Source: Paraspadella gotoi (taxonomy: Eukaryota > Animalia > Chaetognatha). From it: DNA of 64,000 nucleotides. The DNA lies in the NCBI GenBank assembly GCA_051294375.1, contig CM119270.1, forward strand, positions 2,393,273 through 2,457,272. The letters run 5' to 3'. The notes below the pieces were generated by a model. The model was not told the DNA's origin. It worked only from the letters and a program-made list of their open reading frames with translations, and searched no databases. Made by a program: the position numbers and the translations under genes. Each line of letters opens with the position of its first letter. The stretch's first letter is position 1. Below, piece by piece: positions 57,207-64,000 of the stretch.

Positions 57207-57371
57207 ATGTGCTGCATCGCCAATAGCGCTGGCAAATGCGGCGCCTGTCTGGCGACCACCGTCCTCAAATGCCTGGCGTACGTCGTCAACTCGGTGCGTC
57301 GTCGTCGTCGGCCCTCGTCGTCTTCATCGTCGGCATGGTCGCCAATGAACGTCAGCAAGGAACATGGAGGG
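57207..57371 (+). other. Duplicate copy of exon 1 of tetraspanin-like paralog B
   Basis: 57020-58137 repeats as 58163-59290 across a 25-N gap. Confidence 0.75.
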
Positions 57372-58361
57372 GTAAAGAGGAATGGAAGAAGCCGATCGGG
57401 TGGAGAAGGTTTAGCCGATTGGGTGGGAGAGGTTTAGAGAATTAGCTGATTTGGGGGTGGAGAGCTTTAGCCGATTGGGTGAAAAGAGGTTTAGCCGATT
57501 GGGTGAAGAAGGTTAGCTGATTGGGTGGGAGAGGTTTAGCCGATTGGGTGAAAGAAGGTTGTAGCCGATTGGGTTGGGAGAGGTTGTGCGCAATTGAGTG
57601 GGAGAGGTTTAGCCGATTGGGTGAGAGAGGTTTCAGCCGATTGGGATGAGAGAGGTTTAAGCTGATTGGTGAGAGAGGTTTTGGCCGATTTTGGGGGAAA
57701 GGCTTTAGCCGATTGGGTGAGAGAGGTTTGGCGGATTTTGGTGGAAAGGCTTTAGCCAGATTGGGTGAGAGAGGTTTAGCGAATTGGGTGAGAAGAGGTT
57801 TAGCCGATTGGGTGAGAGACTTTAGCCTGATTGGGTGGAAGAGGTTTAGCCATTGGTGGGAAGAGTTTAGCCGATGGGTGGGAGAGTTTTAGATAAAATT
57901 AGCTGATTTGGGGGGAGAGCTTTGGCCGATTGGTGTGAGAGAGTTTAGCCGATTGGGTGGGAGAGGTTTAGCCAATTGGGTGAAGAGGTTTAGCGCCGAT
58001 TGGTGAGAGAGGTTTAGCCGATTGGGTGGGGAAGGTTTAGCCAATTGGTGGGAGATGTTTAGCCGATTGGGTGGGAGAGGTTTAGCCGATTGAGGTAAAG
58101 AGAGGTTTAGCTGATTTGGGGGAGGGCTTTAGCCGATNNNNNNNNNNNNNNNNNNNNNNNNNTATTTTTTTAAACGCAAAGACAATAATATCAAGTCATC
58201 TGTAATAAAAAAAACATCGCTTGAAAGCATAAAAGAAAAGTTTGAAACTAATGATCGAAAAAAAAAAGATGAAGTCGCTTATTTTTAGGCGACATAAACT
58301 AAAATAAGAAAAAATAATCGGCAACCGGAAATCCTTCGGCACCGAAACGCCAACGCGACCG

Positions 58362-61305
<2,944 letters not shown>

Positions 61306-62218
61306 GCCAAAAAGCCAAAAAGACCAAAGGACAAAAAGACAAAAATAGTTTATGAACTGATGACGTGAAATCCGAAGCAGGGAAAAAGCGAGATTTGTTG
61401 ACACCAAAACCCAACACGTCTTTTGTTAACATAACCAATTAAGACTCGAAGCGCTCCCTATCTGTAGACGAAAAAAAAAAATCGAAAATAACAAAAGAGA
61501 GAGCGCATAATCTTGTAACGATTCGATTTATTGTAGTGTTAACGTGTAGACATTTTATAAAAAGAATTTAATGTAAACAAGGTCTACTTATTTTCTTTTT
61601 CGTTTCTCGTTTTGTATGCGTTACGCATGTTATTTTTTAACGTGGACAAAAAATTTATTTTTATAGAATTACTTTCGTTAGGAGATCGTGAGTAATAATT
61701 TTAGTATTTTCAGCGTATGGGTTCAATCAACGGTAATAATAAAATTAAGCATCTAAAAATTCCGTGATTGAAAAAAGGTCAAATTTATTTAAACTTATTT
61801 ATTTTCATATTTGAAAAAGTGTTCCTTTGTTTTTTTTTCCTTTAACTTTCACTCAATTCTGCTCTCTCTAGGACGAAGAGAAACGACAAAAGAGAAATTT
61901 TGTTTATTATCTTTCTAATCTTAACTTCTTTTTCATTATCTTACTCAATTAAATATAATTAATTGAGTTGAAATTTATTTTATCATGCAAGTCAATATCA
62001 AAGTCAATAAAATAACATAGCTAACCCTCAATTCTCTAGAGAATTATTAAAAAACATAAAAAACATAAACCGAACCATTTTTTACTACACGTGCGAATTT
62101 AAAGAGAGAGAAAATAAGAATTTGTTTATTCTCTGTTTTTTTCTCTTCCTGGGCGGTTGATAGGAAAATGGTATCGCTCTTCCGCCTCGAGCCAGAGAGA
62201 GAGAGAGAGAGGGAGAGA

Positions 62219-62259
<41 letters not shown>

Positions 62260-64000
62260 AGGATGATTTTCAAGATGTGGGCAGGAGAAGGAAGTTTAGT
62301 TGGGGTTGAATTAGAATGAAACAATGCGGGAATCTTCGATGCACAACTGAATAAAATTTTCGTTTCTTTAAGGTAAAATTTAAATGAAACAAATTTTTGT
62401 TTCGTCTTGACATTAAAAAGTTTGCTTACTGAGTTATTCTTTTTATCTGATAACCGTTTATAAATATAAATTCATTGATTGATCCCTTCCGGCGGTTGAC
62501 AGCCTCCAACTAAAGGCTTCAAACTTCCACCCCATCAAATCTCATCGCCCCCACCCTCTTCCTCACCCCATCCTCATCTCTCACCCCTTCCCGACCCCAA
62601 CGTCATCTGAACTTACTTTTCCCGAATAAAAATTTCTCCTCAAGTTTTTTTTTTAAAGTTTAGCGCCGAAATAGAAAAAAAAATGTTTTAGTGGAGAAAA
62701 AGTATTTTAAAGAAAAAGCAACTCTTAATAATATCTAATATTATTTCATTTTTTATCGTTAATATTTTGGAGAATTAAATCATGCAAAAAGATGGTTTTG
62801 AAAGAGAAGTAGGGAGCTGCCTGTTATCTATCTGCTCATGTGTGGACATTGTGATTTACATAAATCACCCTATTACACTTTTAATGACCCGTTGGGGCAG
62901 CATGACTGAGAACGGATTGGTTAAAAATGAAAAAAAAGAAGAAAGTGTTAAGCTTAATTTCATTTATTCTTTAAATATACGGTTCGCCTAAATTATAAAG
63001 AATACAAAAGTCGGTTCGTTGCTTATAAGTTTGCTGCATTCAGGCGTGTCGGATTTCGAGTTGCTGCAGGCAAGACGACCTCATGCGGTGAAGGTGTAAC
63101 ACTCTCTCCCTCAACCCCGGGGATGTTTTGCCTTCGTCGTCCCTCTCCCCCCCCCNNNNNNNNNNNNNNNNNNNNNNNNNNNNNNNNNNNNNNNNNNNNN
63201 NNNNNNNNNNNNNNNNNNNNNNNNNNNNNNNNNNNNNNNNNNNNNNNNNNNNNNNNNNNNNNNNNNNNNNNNNNNNNNNNNNNNNNNNNNNNNNNNNNNN
63301 NNNNNNNNNNNNNNNNNNNNNNNNNNNNNNNNNNNNNNNNNNNNNNNNNNNNNNNNNNNNNNNNNNNNNNNNNNNNNNNNNNNNNNNNNNNNNNNNNNNN
63401 NNNNNNNNNNNNNNNNNNNNNNNTATCTCACGTACATTCGCTATTCTTATTAAACTTTTGTTAAATATGAAAAATTAAAAAGCCCTTTCGTTTTGGTCAT
63501 ATGAACGCATGATTAAAAAGGGATTTTATTCATAAATATACACGGCGTATTCAACAATGTACACAATGTAATTTTTTTTCAAGTACAGAGACGAAGAGAA
63601 GGAGCAAAAAAATTGGAAACGGAAAGAAGAGAGAAACGAATGAACGCATGCAAAGAGTCGAATCAACTGTGAACTGAAACGCAACAGTAAATGAAAGACA
63701 GTCAATGAAATAAAAACAGAAAGAACTCGGGGATTTTTATGTTAAATTCATAGCATCGGTTAAACTTTTACTTAGGGTCTAATTAACGAAACAAAATATA
63801 TTATATGGCACGTGGATCGGAAAAAATGGTCGGTCAGTCGTTCTACGGGTCGGTATGTCGGTAAAGAGTACAAAATCATCAGGAATGGTCTAAAATCGCC
63901 AAGCTGCTCCCTAAAATAACGGGAACTTTTTCTCAAAATTGACAAGCTTCACAAAAATAACCAAGCTTTTCTTAGAATCAACAAGCTCCAAACACTTTCT

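Noticed and set aside
61357-61375. CTGATGA..GAAA hammerhead-like words
   Set aside because: No stem II or flanking stems.

Overview
AT-rich, microsatellite-laden, intron-containing animal (invertebrate-type) genomic DNA from a gap-filled draft assembly; most ORFs in the supplied track are repeat artefacts. Genes reconstructed by hand from splice sites: (i) an 11-exon minus-strand gene (17863-11773, 1300 aa) for a secreted mosaic protein: signal peptide, Gla-type propeptide and Gla-like module, LDLa, PAN/apple, two SRCR domains, a long helical plus beta-rich region and a Cys-rich tail, with the 5' half of a tandem paralog at 5720-202; (ii) two tandem plus-strand paralogs of a small four-TM tetraspanin-like protein (50881-53090, 58362-61305); (iii) a low-confidence error-ridden gene at about 45.9-49.2 kb. 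The most striking non-coding signal is three different tRNA-headed SINE-like families (7 copies) that each carry a circularly permuted (P5-type) twister ribozyme with compensatory base changes and a short palindromic P1. There are also Penelope-type minimal hammerheads, a Helentron/DINE-1-like element, Tc1/mariner-type MITEs (one nearly co-extensive with a paralog-specific intron), and large near-duplicate blocks beside 25-N gaps that are probably assembly artefacts.
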